From contig NC_043006.1 of NCBI RefSeq assembly GCF_006345805.1, forward strand, positions 75,640,001 through 75,704,000: a stretch of DNA of 64,000 nt, read 5' to 3'. The position numbers and the translations under genes were made by a program. Below the pieces are notes generated by a model that saw only the letters and a program-made list of their open reading frames with translations, was not told the origin of the DNA and did no database searches. Within the stretch, counting starts at the first letter, position 1; every line of letters starts with the position of its first letter. Below are positions 63,771 to 64,000 of the stretch, in pieces. This DNA is from Octopus sinensis (lineage: Eukaryota).

Positions 63771-64000
63771 TTTTGTCATTGCGTGTTTCATCTACTTTCT
63801 TTCGTTTTATTGTCTTTCTTCGGTTTCGATAAGAGGAAACCTTGCAATAATCATAAATGCGAAGACATCAAACTAGAAAGATTTCTCTTAAGAGTCTAGT
63901 GAACAATATTAAATTATATTGACGATTATTTCGCAATAAAGTTCATTCGGCTATATCAGTAATACACACCCTCAGCGGAGACAAACATACGTACAGACAC

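Overview
Eukaryotic (animal) DNA, very AT-rich and microsatellite-dense, with one 100-N scaffold gap (6654-6753). By recognition of the SINE families it is most likely an octopus/cephalopod genome (inference, no database check). There is no confidently identifiable host gene. Almost all ORFs in the supplied track are translations of (TA)n/(CA)n/(TAA)n/(TTC)n repeats. The window is a dense mosaic of mobile DNA: three or more tRNA-headed SINE families with swapped modules; 3' fragments of CR1-group, RTE and R4/Dong LINEs; several Penelope-like (GIY-YIG) retroelement remnants; a near-complete DD34D mariner; a deleted DD37D (maT-type) element; hAT, piggyBac and Tc1-type MITEs; and a U6 snRNA fragment. 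The most striking signal is about a dozen minimal type-I hammerhead-ribozyme motifs (CUGANGA...GAAA...GUH). They belong to different families, nearly all have a self-complementary stem III, and most lie 40-190 nt upstream of a (TA)n/(CA)n junction. One sits in a non-coding 567-bp tandem monomer with an inverted head (retrozyme-like). Together these point to a microsatellite-targeting ribozyme/Penelope ecosystem that also generates many long fold-back (dsRNA-forming) structures.
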